A stretch of 64,000 bases of DNA from an uncultured Bacilli bacterium (GTDB lineage Bacteria > Bacillota_I > Bacilli_A > RF39 > UBA660), in assembly GCA_934086955.1 (NCBI GenBank), contig CAKOIN010000006.1:2159-66158 (forward strand), in the 5' to 3' direction. The notes beneath the pieces are model-generated. The model saw nothing but the letters and a program-made list of their open reading frames with translations. It searched no databases and was not told where the DNA came from. Positions 40,582-51,150 of the stretch are shown here, one piece after another (within the stretch, counting starts at the first letter, position 1; each line of letters opens with the position of its first letter). The translations under genes were made by a program, and so were the position numbers.

Positions 40582-42498
40582 ATGAAAAAAATAACATTAA
40601 TTATCAAAATATTTATATTTTTATTCTTCACTTGTATTATAGTAAATATGAGCTTTTATGCTTATGCTTTTATCACACCAAAATTTCAAATTAATACTAG
40701 TAAAAACATAACTTATTATGACTCTAAAAACAATGATATACTTAAAGATAGTGTAGAAAACGACTTTGTAGAACTCAAAAAAATAAATAAATATGTCACA
40801 ACTGCTATAGTATCAATTGAAGATAAAAATTTTTATTCCCATAAGGGATTTGATTATTTAAGAATTCTTAAAGCAATGTTAGTTAATATTAAAAGTGGAA
40901 AAATAAAACAAGGTGCATCTACTATATCTCAACAATATGTTAAAAATCTTTACCTAACATTTGATAAAACTTGGAATAGAAAAATAGAAGAAGCACTTTT
41001 AACCCTTGAATTAGAAACTCATTATAACAAAGATGAAATATTAGAAGGATATCTTAACACAATAGATTTTGGAGCTGGAAATTATGGTATAAAAGAAGCA
41101 AGTAAATATTATTTTAATAAAGAACCAAAAGATTTAACACTCGAAGAAGCAACAATATTAGTCGGAATACCTAGAAATCCAAGCTACTATAATCCAATTA
41201 ACAATTATGATGCGGCTAAAAAAAGACAAAAAGAAGTTTTAAATAGTATGGTAAGAAATAAATATATAACTAAAAAAGAAATGAAAGAAGCTTATAATAA
41301 AAAATTAAATTTCTATGGAAAAAATGATAAAGTTGAATTATCTAGTATTTATTATTATAAAGATGCTATTTTAAGTGAATTAAAAAATATAAAAGGACTT
41401 CCAAGTTCACTTTTAGATATGGATGGTTTAAAAATATATACTAATTTAGATGTAGATATACAAAAAGAATTAGAACACAATATAGATAATGAAATGAAAG
41501 ATACAACATTACAAGTAGCATCAATTGTAATAGAACCAAATACAGGTAAAATAGTTGCTCTTATTGGTGGTAAAGATTATTCTAAATCACAATTTAATAG
41601 AGTAACATCATCAAAAAGACAAGTTGGATCAACAATTAAACCATTACTATATTACTCTGCTCTTGAAAATGGGTTTACACCGTCCAGTACATTTCTAAGT
41701 GAAAGAACAACATTTAATTTGGGAAATACAACATATTCTCCTAAAAATGCTAACAATATTTATGCTAATAAAAATATATCAATGTTAACAGCACTATCAT
41801 ACTCAGATAATATTTATGCTATGAAAACTCACTTATTTCTAGGCATGGATAATCTTAGTAAAATGGGTAAAAGATTAAAAATCAGTACACCAATTAAAGA
41901 AAATGCATCATCAGCTCTTGGAACAACAGAAATAAATATGATTGATTATAGTAATGCATTTATAACATTAGCAAATGAAGGTGAACACACAACACCTCAC
42001 ATAATAGAAAAAATAACTGATAATAATGATAGAGTTTTATATGAATTTAAATATCAAAATGAAAAAGTATTAAATAAAAAATATGTTTATATATTAAACA
42101 ACCTATTAACAGAAACATACGATTATAGAATGATTGGATACACATCTCCAACATTACTTAGCATTTCAAATGAACTTGATAGTAAATATGCAGTTAAAAG
42201 TGGAAGTACCGAAACAGACTATTGGACTATAGGATACAATAAAAACTATTTAATAATGGTTTGGACAGGTAATGACAACAATGATAAAGTTATTGGAAAA
42301 GATTCAAAAATAACCAAAAAAATATGGTCAAAAACAATTACAAATATTAAAACTAATAAAAAAGAATGGTATGAAATTCCAAAAGGAATAACAGCTAGTA
42401 CTATAAATCCACTTACTGGTGAATACAAAGATAATGGAATAGTTTGTTTTTATGAAAAAGGTACAGAACCAAATTATATAGAAAAAATTGCAAATTAA
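40582..42498 (+). CDS. Class A penicillin-binding protein (glycosyltransferase plus transpeptidase)
   Basis: GT51 motifs (EDKNFYSHKGFD, STISQQ). TPase STIKP (SxxK), SDN, KSGS. Confidence 0.8.
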   Translation: MKKITLIIKIFIFLFFTCIIVNMSFYAYAFITPKFQINTSKNITYYDSKNNDILKDSVENDFVELKKINKYVTTAIVSIEDKNFYSHKGFDYLRILKAMLVNIKSGKIKQGASTISQQYVKNLYLTFDKTWNRKIEEALLTLELETHYNKDEILEGYLNTIDFGAGNYGIKEASKYYFNKEPKDLTLEEATILVGIPRNPSYYNPINNYDAAKKRQKEVLNSMVRNKYITKKEMKEAYNKKLNFYGKNDKVELSSIYYYKDAILSELKNIKGLPSSLLDMDGLKIYTNLDVDIQKELEHNIDNEMKDTTLQVASIVIEPNTGKIVALIGGKDYSKSQFNRVTSSKRQVGSTIKPLLYYSALENGFTPSSTFLSERTTFNLGNTTYSPKNANNIYANKNISMLTALSYSDNIYAMKTHLFLGMDNLSKMGKRLKISTPIKENASSALGTTEINMIDYSNAFITLANEGEHTTPHIIEKITDNNDRVLYEFKYQNEKVLNKKYVYILNNLLTETYDYRMIGYTSPTLLSISNELDSKYAVKSGSTETDYWTIGYNKNYLIMVWTGNDNNDKVIGKDSKITKKIWSKTITNIKTNKKEWYEIPKGITASTINPLTGEYKDNGIVCFYEKGTEPNYIEKIAN

Positions 42499-42500
42499 AA

Positions 42501-42530
42501 ATAGTAGAAATTAATCTACTATTTTTTTGT
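42501..42530. terminator. Hairpin ATAGTAGA-aattaa-TCTACTAT followed by T7 (bidirectional, between PBP and SPFH genes)
   Basis: Seen directly in the sequence. Confidence 0.55.
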
Positions 42531-42532
42531 TA

Positions 42533-43678
42533 TTATTCTTCTATTTTTTCTCCACAATTACTGCAGAATTTTCCAGTTACAGGAGTTCCGCATTTAGGAC
42601 AAACTTTTTCTTCTTTCTTTTCTTCTTTTTTAGCAAAGATTGTGCCCATCTCTGGTTGATTAGTTTCTGGTTTATAACCTTCAACATCAGAACCTTGATT
42701 TGCAGCATTCATCATAGAACCAGCTGCTCCACTTGCCATATTCATTCCCATGAATCCCATCATAGATCCATTTTCATTACTAGCAGCACTTCTAAGAGCA
42801 TCAGCTGAAGCAGAAGCCATTAATCCAGATTGTAAATTCTTATTAGAGAATATTGTAGCCTCATCTATCTTATTTACTTTAACCATTGATTCATCAGTTA
42901 AGTTAATATCACTTAAAGCAACATCAGTAACTTCTAAACCATAATTTTTTCTCCAAGATTCATCTAAACATACATTCATTTCATCTGAAATATCAGAATT
43001 ATATAATCCCATATCACCAAATGAAACTTTATTTTTTCTCATAACAACAGAAATTGCTTGAGTTAATTTTTCTACAAACTTACTTTGTAATTGACTACCA
43101 ACTACTTCTTCATAAGTAACAGTATCAGATGGATTAGCACCAATAACACTATTTACTAAAAGAATTGGATCAACTACTTTAAAAGCATATTCACCAAAGA
43201 ATGTTACTTCTAACATACCATATTTTTCATCAGTAATTTTCTTTGGTTGTGGTGAACCAAACTTATTACCAGGAATATTTAATAAATTTACATAGTAAAC
43301 TCTTTGATCCTTAGCTGTTTGACCTCCATAAGTAAATCTCTTACCAATAGTCTTAAATGTATCAATAATGCCTTTTCCAAGACCACCAGTAAATATACTT
43401 GGTTCACTACTAGTATCAAAATAGAAAGTACCAGCATCTGCAGTAAATTCCTTTATTTCTCCATTTTCAATAATCATCATTGCCATTCCTTGTGGAACTA
43501 CAATTGTACTACCATTAGTAATAATTCCTTCAGAAGGATTTTTATTACCTTTTCCATGATTAACAATTCCTCTTTGTATTAAAACATTTTTAGAAATTGT
43601 AGGACATGTCACAAACTCCTTAAATTGATCACCTAAGGCAGTAGTTGTTGCCTCAGATAAAGCTTTAATAAGACCCAT
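42533..43678 (-). CDS. SPFH/band-7-like protein with C-terminal CxxC...CxxC zinc ribbon (YdjI-like)
   Basis: N-terminal SPFH-like domain. C-terminal CPKCGTPVTGKFCSNCGE. Confidence 0.5.
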   Translation of the reverse strand: MGLIKALSEATTTALGDQFKEFVTCPTISKNVLIQRGIVNHGKGNKNPSEGIITNGSTIVVPQGMAMMIIENGEIKEFTADAGTFYFDTSSEPSIFTGGLGKGIIDTFKTIGKRFTYGGQTAKDQRVYYVNLLNIPGNKFGSPQPKKITDEKYGMLEVTFFGEYAFKVVDPILLVNSVIGANPSDTVTYEEVVGSQLQSKFVEKLTQAISVVMRKNKVSFGDMGLYNSDISDEMNVCLDESWRKNYGLEVTDVALSDINLTDESMVKVNKIDEATIFSNKNLQSGLMASASADALRSAASNENGSMMGFMGMNMASGAAGSMMNAANQGSDVEGYKPETNQPEMGTIFAKKEEKKEEKVCPKCGTPVTGKFCSNCGEKIEE

Positions 43679-43766
43679 AATTATTACCTCTCTTCTCTTA
43701 ATCTAATTCAATTATAACATCTTTATAAATAAATAAAATATTTTTTTCATTTTAGTGTAAAGTAAA

Positions 43767-43788
43767 AAGAACTCTAATTAGAGTTCTT
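43767..43788 (-). terminator. Perfect 22-nt palindrome AAGAACTCTAA|TTAGAGTTCTT overlapping the stop of the ParB/Noc gene
   Basis: Followed on the minus strand by a T-run. Confidence 0.5.
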
Positions 43789-44973
43789 ATCAATTTCAAT
43801 TATTATTTGATATGAATCAGTTAAATCCAATTCAGTTGTAGTAATTAAATTACTAACTTCATCTAAACTAGAAATAAAATCTCTTACTTTATTAATTACA
43901 TTAGGCAAGTTAACTGAACCATCTTCTTCAAGTAATGAATCTTTATCTAGATATTCTTCTTCACTAGGAACTACTGGTTCTTCATAACTAACAGGTACCG
44001 TTTCAGTAACTGTACTTGATGGTACAACCGGATTTTCAGGTAAAACTTCAGTAGTTTTTGCAACTATAGGAGTTAATTCTTGTGAATTATCTATTGCATT
44101 AGCATAAGATTCCTTATCAAAACTTGTTTGTGTAATATTAGGGGTAGAAGCTGTTTGAAATGGATTTATAATTTCAGATTCATCAACATACTCAGTCATT
44201 GCTGCTTTTGCTTCAGGTTCAATTTTAACAACTTCTGGCACTCTTATATCTAAATATTCTTCAACTTGTTTATTTCCTAACATTTGTTCTTTTGATTCAA
44301 CTTTTGGTTCAATTTTTAAAAATCTTTTAATATCATCAGGTAATTCTTCTTGTTCTTTATTTCTATTTAATATTGCACTTATTTCTTCTTCTGTTTGCTT
44401 TACAGTAAGTTTTTCAGTAATAATTTTATTTAATAAATTCTTTTGCATATCAGCATCTGGAAGTGATAATAAACTTCTAGCATGTCTTTCTGATATTCTA
44501 TTATACAAAAGAGCATTTTGTACTTCTTTTGGTAAATTTAATAGTCTCATCTTATTAGCAATAGACGATTGACTTACACCTAATTTAGAAGCAATATCTT
44601 CTTGTGTGAATCCTCTATCCATTAACTTTTTATATGATTGTGCTTCCTCAATAACAGATAAATTCTTTCTTTGTAAATTTTCTAATAATGCTATCTCAGC
44701 ACTTGTATTATCATCTGTATTATTAATAATCGCAGGAATCTTTTTAAGACCAGCTAAACAAGAAGCCTTATATCTTCTTTCACCAGCAATAATCTCATAC
44801 TTATCCCCGATATTTCTAAGTACAATAGGTTGAATAACACCATATTTTATAATAGAATTAGCAAGCTCATTTAACTCTCTTTCATCAAAAGCTAACCTTG
44901 GTTGAAATCTATTCGGAATAATATCCTCAATAGGTATATAATAAATTTTTTCTTTTTCTTTGTTTTCTTCCAT
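43774..44973 (-). CDS. noc: ParB/Noc-family protein, more Noc-like than Spo0J-like, with a roughly 150-aa low-complexity C-terminal extension
   Basis: Noc-type motifs are IPNRFQPR, GVIQPIVLR, GERRYKAS, an HTH helix ending QSSIANKMRLL (Noc QSTIANKLRLL, Spo0J RPHIANHLRLL) and ISERHARSL. Sits immediately downstream of rsmG, the noc position in Bacillus. No soj/spo0J follows. Confidence 0.5.
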   Translation of the reverse strand: MEENKEKEKIYYIPIEDIIPNRFQPRLAFDERELNELANSIIKYGVIQPIVLRNIGDKYEIIAGERRYKASCLAGLKKIPAIINNTDDNTSAEIALLENLQRKNLSVIEEAQSYKKLMDRGFTQEDIASKLGVSQSSIANKMRLLNLPKEVQNALLYNRISERHARSLLSLPDADMQKNLLNKIITEKLTVKQTEEEISAILNRNKEQEELPDDIKRFLKIEPKVESKEQMLGNKQVEEYLDIRVPEVVKIEPEAKAAMTEYVDESEIINPFQTASTPNITQTSFDKESYANAIDNSQELTPIVAKTTEVLPENPVVPSSTVTETVPVSYEEPVVPSEEEYLDKDSLLEEDGSVNLPNVINKVRDFISSLDEVSNLITTTELDLTDSYQIIIEIDKNSN

Positions 44974-45051
44974 AATATTATCCTTTTTCCCTACTATATA
45001 TTTATTTTAAAGCATTTTAAAGTTTTTATCAAGTTAATAACAAGATATTTA

Positions 45052-45762
45052 CTATTTATTTTTATATGTTTTTAAAATAGCACTATAACTTCTAGGATAC
45101 TTTTTATCAGTTATCTTATTTTTTTTGTATATTGGTATGCATCTATATGCATTTGTAATAGGTAATTCATATTCTATTCTATTTTCATGGGATAAGTTAA
45201 ATTTATTAATTATTTGATTAGCAACCTTTATTTCCTCATCAATATTTGATTTTAAAGGCATTAATAAACCATCAACTTTTAATAATGAAGTAGATAATTC
45301 AATAATAATTGGTAAAGCTGTAACAGCTCTACAAGTAACTATATCAAAGATTTCTCTATTTTTAACTGCATATTCTTCAACTCTACCATTTACTATACTA
45401 ACATTATCTAAATTTAATTCTTGTTTAATTAAATTAAGAAACAAACATTTTTTAGCATTTGACTCAATTAATGTAACATCAATATTATTAAAAACTATCG
45501 CTATTACCATACCTGGGAAACCAGCACCAGTTCCAAAATCTAATAATGTCTTTTTATCGTTTAAATAACCAGTTTTATTTAAACACAATGAATCATAAAA
45601 ATGTAATAGAAATACATCTTCATAAGAAGTGATAGTTGTCATATTAAATTTTTTATTATATTCAACTAATAACTCATAATATTTGTATAGTTTATCATAT
45701 AATTCATCAGTTATTTCAATATTAATATTTTTACAATATTCTTTAAATTTTTCTTTATTCAT
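45052..45762 (-). CDS. rsmG: 16S rRNA (guanine527-N7)-methyltransferase
   Basis: GidB family, SAM motif LDFGTGAGFPG. Confidence 0.85.
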   Translation of the reverse strand: MNKEKFKEYCKNINIEITDELYDKLYKYYELLVEYNKKFNMTTITSYEDVFLLHFYDSLCLNKTGYLNDKKTLLDFGTGAGFPGMVIAIVFNNIDVTLIESNAKKCLFLNLIKQELNLDNVSIVNGRVEEYAVKNREIFDIVTCRAVTALPIIIELSTSLLKVDGLLMPLKSNIDEEIKVANQIINKFNLSHENRIEYELPITNAYRCIPIYKKNKITDKKYPRSYSAILKTYKNK

Positions 45763-47617
45763 TGTTATATTCCTTTTTTAAATATACAAGTAACATCGTT
45801 ATATCAGATGGATTAACACCACTTATTCTTGATGCTTGACCTATTGTAATTGGTCTTACTTTATCAAATTTTTGTCTTGCTTCTGTAGCTATATTAGGTA
45901 CTTTATTATAATCAATATCAGTAGGTATTTGCTTATCTTCAAGTTTTAACATCTTATTAACCTCAGCTCTTGTTTTATCAATGTATCCTTTATATTTAAT
46001 TTCGGTTTCAACCATCAATGCAACATTTTCATCATACTCTTTATTCATATAATTTAATAAATCATATATTGATATTTCAGGTCTTTTAACTAAATCTTTT
46101 AATGATATTCTTCCATAAATATTAGAAGAATTTAATGAACTTAAAAATTCATTCACCTCTTTTTTAGGAGTTAAATATGTTACCTCTAAATATTTTTCTA
46201 AATCCTTCATGTCATTTAAAGTTTTCTTATATATATCATATTTTTCATCATTTATTAAACCTAAATTTCTTCCATATTCAGTTAATCTTATCATAGAATT
46301 ATCATGTCTTAATAATAATCTAAACTCAGCTCTTGAAGTTAATAATCTATATGGTTCTGTAATTCCTTTATTAATTAAATCATCTATTAACACACCAATA
46401 TATGCTTCATTTCTTTTTAAAATAAATGGTTCTTTCCCTTGAATTTTAAGTACTGCATTTATACCAGCTATTAAACCTTGTGCTGCTGCTTCTTCATATC
46501 CACTAGTTCCATTAATTTGTCCAGCAGTATATAAATTTTCTAATACTTTATTTTCTAATGTTAATTTTAATTGCAATGGATCAATTGCATCATATTCAAT
46601 AGCATAACCATATTTAGTTATAACAACATTATGAAGACCATCCATAGTTTTTAATAATTTTTCTTGTATATCATGAGGCATAGTAGTAGAAAATCCACCT
46701 ACATAATATTCAATATCATCACTTCTTTCAGGTTCTAAAAATATTTGATGTCTATCTTTATCATTAAATTTAACAACTTTATCCTCAATTGAAGGACAAT
46801 ATCTAGGACCAATCCCCTTTATCATTCCACTATATAAAGCACATTTATCAAGGCTATCCATAATTATTTTATGAGTTTCTTTATTTGTATAAGTCAAATA
46901 ACAAGGTCTTTGATTATTGATATCATAACTTGCTTTATAAAAATTACTAAATGTAAGTGGTATTTTATCTCCTTCTTCAACTTGTACTTCATCAAAATTA
47001 ATACTACTTTTTAGTATTCTAGGAGGTGTTCCAGTTTTAAGTCTGATAAGTTTAATTCCATTTCTAGCTAATGAATCACTTAAAAACATAGAATTTTTCT
47101 CACCGTGTGGGCCACCTTTATGTTTTTCATGACCACACATTATATCAGAATTTAAATATGTACCAGTTGTTAATATAACAGCTTTACTTATAATTTTTTC
47201 ATTATCCTCTGTTAATACTCCATACACTTTATTATCTTTAACTAATAATTCTTTAACAATAGCTTCTTTTAATTCTAAATTTTTAGTTTCTTTTAATGTT
47301 TTTAACATCTCTTTTGGATAGTTAACTTTGCATCCTTGACATCTAAGAGATCTAACCCCTGGTCCTTTTTTAACATTTAACATTTTTATTTGTAAATGTG
47401 TTTTATCAGCACAATAACCCATTTCACCACCAAGTGCATCTATCTCTCTTACAACTATTCCTTTTGCACTACCACCTATTGATGGATTACAAGGCATATC
47501 AGCTATATTTTTAAAATTTATTGTAATAAGAAGAGTTTTTTCACCCATACGAGCAGAAGCAAGTGCAGCCTCACATCCAGCATGACCCCCTCCAACAACA
47601 ATTACATCATATTCCAT
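45755..47617 (-). CDS. mnmG: tRNA uridine-5-carboxymethylaminomethyl modification enzyme MnmG (GidA)
   Basis: FAD-binding VIVVGGGHAGCEAA, full-length GidA. Confidence 0.9.
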   Translation of the reverse strand: MEYDVIVVGGGHAGCEAALASARMGEKTLLITINFKNIADMPCNPSIGGSAKGIVVREIDALGGEMGYCADKTHLQIKMLNVKKGPGVRSLRCQGCKVNYPKEMLKTLKETKNLELKEAIVKELLVKDNKVYGVLTEDNEKIISKAVILTTGTYLNSDIMCGHEKHKGGPHGEKNSMFLSDSLARNGIKLIRLKTGTPPRILKSSINFDEVQVEEGDKIPLTFSNFYKASYDINNQRPCYLTYTNKETHKIIMDSLDKCALYSGMIKGIGPRYCPSIEDKVVKFNDKDRHQIFLEPERSDDIEYYVGGFSTTMPHDIQEKLLKTMDGLHNVVITKYGYAIEYDAIDPLQLKLTLENKVLENLYTAGQINGTSGYEEAAAQGLIAGINAVLKIQGKEPFILKRNEAYIGVLIDDLINKGITEPYRLLTSRAEFRLLLRHDNSMIRLTEYGRNLGLINDEKYDIYKKTLNDMKDLEKYLEVTYLTPKKEVNEFLSSLNSSNIYGRISLKDLVKRPEISIYDLLNYMNKEYDENVALMVETEIKYKGYIDKTRAEVNKMLKLEDKQIPTDIDYNKVPNIATEARQKFDKVRPITIGQASRISGVNPSDITMLLVYLKKEYNNE

Positions 47618-47626
47618 TTATATCAT

Positions 47627-49000
47627 CTACTTTCCAAGACAAAATTTACTAAAAATTTCATCTAATAAATCATCACTACTTACTTCACCAGTGATTTCAC
47701 TTAATGTTTCCCACAATTTTTTAACATCTATTTCAATCATATCTACAAGTTCATTATTTTTAACTGAATTATCTATATCACTAATAATATCAATACAATT
47801 ATTCAAAAGTGCTATTTGCCTTGCATTTGAAATATACATATAATTTGATTCGGCAATACTTTTTAAATCAAATATCTTTGCTATTTCATCTTTTAACTTA
47901 GAAATCATATCACTATCAAATGTAGATATATTTATACTTTCATAATCTTTTAATTTATCATTTTTATAGTTTTTAACTACATCATTTTTATTATATACAA
48001 CAAGTACTTCTTTATCTTTTATATGCTCTAATACTTCTGCATCTTCATCAGTAAATCCATCAACACTATCTACAACAAATAATACTAAATCTGCTTCATC
48101 TATTGCATCTACACTTCTTTTAACACCGATAGATTCAACAACATCATCAGTCTCTCGTATACCAGCAGTATCTAATATATCTATTTTAACACCTTCAATA
48201 ACTAAAACACCTGTAACTATATCTCTTGTAGTACCTTTAATGTTTGTTACAATTGCTTTATTTTCATCCAAAAGTGCATTTAAAATACTACTTTTACCTA
48301 CATTTGGTTTACCAACAATAACAATTTTAAGTCCGTTTTTTATCAATAATCCCTTTTTACTATTTTTAAGTAATTTATTTATTTCTTCTTTTACTTCATT
48401 AATTGTTTTAATTATTAAATCATTAGTAACAACAACAGCATCTTCATATTCAGGATAATCAATATTAACTTCTATATTAGCAATTAAAGCAAGAACTTTT
48501 TCTTTTAATTCATTAATTGTTTTAAATATGGTTTTATCAACACCCTTTAAAGCCATTTTTCTAGAACTTTCAGTTTGAGAACTTATTAAATCACCAACTG
48601 CTTCTGCTTGTGTTAAATCTATTCTTCCATTTAAGAAAGCTCGTTTCAAAAATTCTCCGGGTTCAGCCAATCTAGCACCATTAGATAAAATAAGTTCCAT
48701 AACTTTATTAACAGAAGAATTACCGCCATGAACACTTATTTCAACAATATCTTCTGTTGTAAATGTTTTAGGAGATTTAAAAACAGACAATAAAACTTCA
48801 TCAACTTTCTCACCATTTTCCATAATAAAACCATAATGTACAGTATGACTTAAGACATTACTTATATCTTTTGAAAATATTTTATTTGCAACAGATATTG
48901 AATCCTTACCACTAATTCTTATAACATTGATAGAACTTTCTCCAACAGTAGTTGCAACAGCTGCAATTGTATCTTCCATAATAATCTCCTTTTTCTTCAC
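47627..49000 (-). CDS. mnmE: tRNA modification GTPase MnmE (TrmE)
   Basis: G-domain GKPNVGKSS and C-terminal C(L)GK. Confidence 0.9.
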   Translation of the reverse strand: MKKKEIIMEDTIAAVATTVGESSINVIRISGKDSISVANKIFSKDISNVLSHTVHYGFIMENGEKVDEVLLSVFKSPKTFTTEDIVEISVHGGNSSVNKVMELILSNGARLAEPGEFLKRAFLNGRIDLTQAEAVGDLISSQTESSRKMALKGVDKTIFKTINELKEKVLALIANIEVNIDYPEYEDAVVVTNDLIIKTINEVKEEINKLLKNSKKGLLIKNGLKIVIVGKPNVGKSSILNALLDENKAIVTNIKGTTRDIVTGVLVIEGVKIDILDTAGIRETDDVVESIGVKRSVDAIDEADLVLFVVDSVDGFTDEDAEVLEHIKDKEVLVVYNKNDVVKNYKNDKLKDYESINISTFDSDMISKLKDEIAKIFDLKSIAESNYMYISNARQIALLNNCIDIISDIDNSVKNNELVDMIEIDVKKLWETLSEITGEVSSDDLLDEIFSKFCLGK

Positions 49001-49050
49001 GCTAGATTATAGCACAAACAAATAAATAAGTCCATTAAAAAAGAGTATTT

Positions 49051-49668
49051 CTACTCTTCAGTTTCACTATATTTTATTACAACACATCTATTAGGATCCT
49101 CTCCTTCACTTTCAGTTATAATAAATTTAAAATTTTGTAATGCTTCATGAACAATTTTTCTTTCATAAGAATTCATTGGATCAAGTTTAACATCAACTTT
49201 TGTTTTTAATACATCTTTTGCTATTTTCTTAACTTTTTTCTCTAAGAAATAGTTTTGTTTTTCTTTATATCCTTCAACATCAACTGATACATTAATATAT
49301 ATATCTACTGCTGTAAAAATAGCTTGTCTTACATAAGTTTGGATTGAGTCTAATATGTGACCATTTTTTCCTATTAATAATGAATTATTTTTAGAATGTA
49401 ATTGATATTTAATCTTACCATCTCTAATCATAGTTTCAATATTAGCATTAATATCAAGTGATGATAACAATTCCTTCAAAACATCCTTTCCAACTTCAGC
49501 AATATCACTAAGTTTAACAACTTCTAATGTATATTTTTTACCACTGAAAAGTCCACCTTTTTCTTCATATGTTTTTGTTATAACATCTTCTTCTTTAACA
49601 TTTAATTCATTTAATGCTTTTTCTAATAACCCATCTTCACTCTTTGCTTGAAACTTATACTTTTCCAT
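49051..49668 (-). CDS. jag: Jag/KhpB RNA-binding protein (KH + R3H)
   Basis: Jag_N, KH and R3H arrangement. Downstream of yidC, as in the spoIIIJ-jag operon. Confidence 0.75.
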   Translation of the reverse strand: MEKYKFQAKSEDGLLEKALNELNVKEEDVITKTYEEKGGLFSGKKYTLEVVKLSDIAEVGKDVLKELLSSLDINANIETMIRDGKIKYQLHSKNNSLLIGKNGHILDSIQTYVRQAIFTAVDIYINVSVDVEGYKEKQNYFLEKKVKKIAKDVLKTKVDVKLDPMNSYERKIVHEALQNFKFIITESEGEDPNRCVVIKYSETEE

Positions 49669-49671
49669 TTT

Positions 49672-50589
49672 TTACTTACCTCTCTTTAATATAATATTTT
49701 GAACGATTGTAAATGCATTTGATACAATCCAATATAATGCAATTGATGTTGGTAAACTAAATGAAATTATAGATATAAATACAACCATAAAAGTACTCAT
49801 CATTTTCATTTGTTTTGCTTGCATGTCATCGCCAGTATTCATATTCATATTTTTAAATGAAATATATGTTGTTCCAATTATTAATACTATCAATATAATA
49901 TACCAATAATTTTGTGCCATTAAACCTTCTAACGGTGTTGTTCCTAAATTATATACTAAGAACTTTTTCTCAAAAAATACTGGAACTCTATAAATAGCTT
50001 CTAATAATGCAAAAAATATTGGTAATTGAATAAATGCAAATAAACAGCTAGACATAGGGTTTATATCATATTTTCTATAAATCATTAACATTTCTTGACT
50101 TTTAGCCATTAATGCATCTTTATCATCGCCTTTATTAGCATACTTCTTTTCAAGAGCATTTAACTCTTTTTGAGCTTTTTGCATTGATGCATTCATATTA
50201 TTTGATTTCTTAGTTATTGGCATCATTAATGCTCTAACTATAACACCAATAATCATTATAGATAAACCATAACTCTTAACTAATAATCCTAATTTAACAA
50301 TTATCCAAGCTAATGGTTTAACAAAAAATGATGTCCATAATCCCTCATAACCACCTGAAGTTATTTTCAATTCTTCACAAGCAGGTAATTTATCATAATC
50401 AACTAGTAAATCATCTTTATGTTCTTTATAAATATTTATATTGCTTTCCTCTTCTGGCTTACAAATAATATTTGATACATAAGATTTTGTAGTTTTTTTA
50501 TCCCCATCTGTTGCTTCGACATTAAATCTTTTAGTACAACCACATAAAGTTAAAAGTAATAAAAGAATTAAAGCTATCTTCTTTTTCAT
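49672..50589 (-). CDS. yidC: Membrane protein insertase YidC/SpoIIIJ (lipoprotein type)
   Basis: Lipobox LTLCGC. Five TM 60-kDa inner membrane protein core. Confidence 0.8.
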   Translation of the reverse strand: MKKKIALILLLLLTLCGCTKRFNVEATDGDKKTTKSYVSNIICKPEEESNINIYKEHKDDLLVDYDKLPACEELKITSGGYEGLWTSFFVKPLAWIIVKLGLLVKSYGLSIMIIGVIVRALMMPITKKSNNMNASMQKAQKELNALEKKYANKGDDKDALMAKSQEMLMIYRKYDINPMSSCLFAFIQLPIFFALLEAIYRVPVFFEKKFLVYNLGTTPLEGLMAQNYWYIILIVLIIGTTYISFKNMNMNTGDDMQAKQMKMMSTFMVVFISIISFSLPTSIALYWIVSNAFTIVQNIILKRGK

Positions 50590-50909
50590 TATTTTTCTCC
50601 CTTCAATACCTTAATAAGTTCAATATTTAACTTATCATAAGGAACGCCTATAATAGCAGTCCTTAATATTATAACATAATCATATGAAGAATTAATATTA
50701 TTTTTCATAAGAATATCCTTAATTCTTCTCTTATATAAATTTCTTGTATGTGCTTTACCTATTTTTTTCCCAACACTTATACAAAATCTATTATAATTTA
50801 AGTTGTTTTCTACATAATATATTACAAAATACTTACTAATAATCTTTTTATTACTCTTTATAATTTCTTGTATTTCTTCATTTTTTCTTACAATAAATTT
50901 CTTATTCAT
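50589..50909 (-). CDS. rnpA: Ribonuclease P protein component
   Basis: Basic 106-aa protein with an RNR-like motif (KAHTRNLYKRR). Downstream of rpmH. Confidence 0.8.
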   Translation of the reverse strand: MNKKFIVRKNEEIQEIIKSNKKIISKYFVIYYVENNLNYNRFCISVGKKIGKAHTRNLYKRRIKDILMKNNINSSYDYVIILRTAIIGVPYDKLNIELIKVLKGEK

Positions 50910-50965
50910 ATAACTCCTCTAAGAAATATTATAATAAAAAAATTACTTATTTAAAAGTAATTTAG

Positions 50966-51088
50966 TTATTTTGCTAATTCTTTTCTTCCTTTTGCTCTTC
51001 TAGATTTTAATACATTAGTTCCTTTTCTTGCTAAAAATCCAGATGTTTTACTTTTCTTTCTATTATTAGGTTGAAACGTTCTTTTCAT
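50966..51088 (-). CDS. rpmH: 50S ribosomal protein L34
   Basis: Hand-translated minus-strand [43 protein letters not shown]. It is not in the ORF track because it is below 60 aa. Coordinates are accurate to about 1 nt. Confidence 0.85.
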   Translation of the reverse strand: MKRTFQPNNRKKSKTSGFLARKGTNVLKSRRAKGRKELAK

Positions 51089-51150
51089 AATTTAATCCTC
51101 CATTCCTTCTTTGCTTAATAGATTATAAACTATTGATAATAAAAAGTCAA

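Noticed and set aside
42246-42428. 60-aa minus-strand ORF
   Set aside because: Antisense inside the class A PBP gene.
42527-43582. Three plus-strand ORFs (93, 64 and 92 aa)
   Set aside because: Antisense to the SPFH/zinc-ribbon gene. No RBS and no homology.
44606-44833. 75-aa plus-strand ORF
   Set aside because: Antisense inside the ParB/Noc gene.
46209-46442. 77-aa plus-strand ORF
   Set aside because: Antisense inside mnmG.
48240-48458. 72-aa plus-strand ORF
   Set aside because: Antisense inside mnmE.
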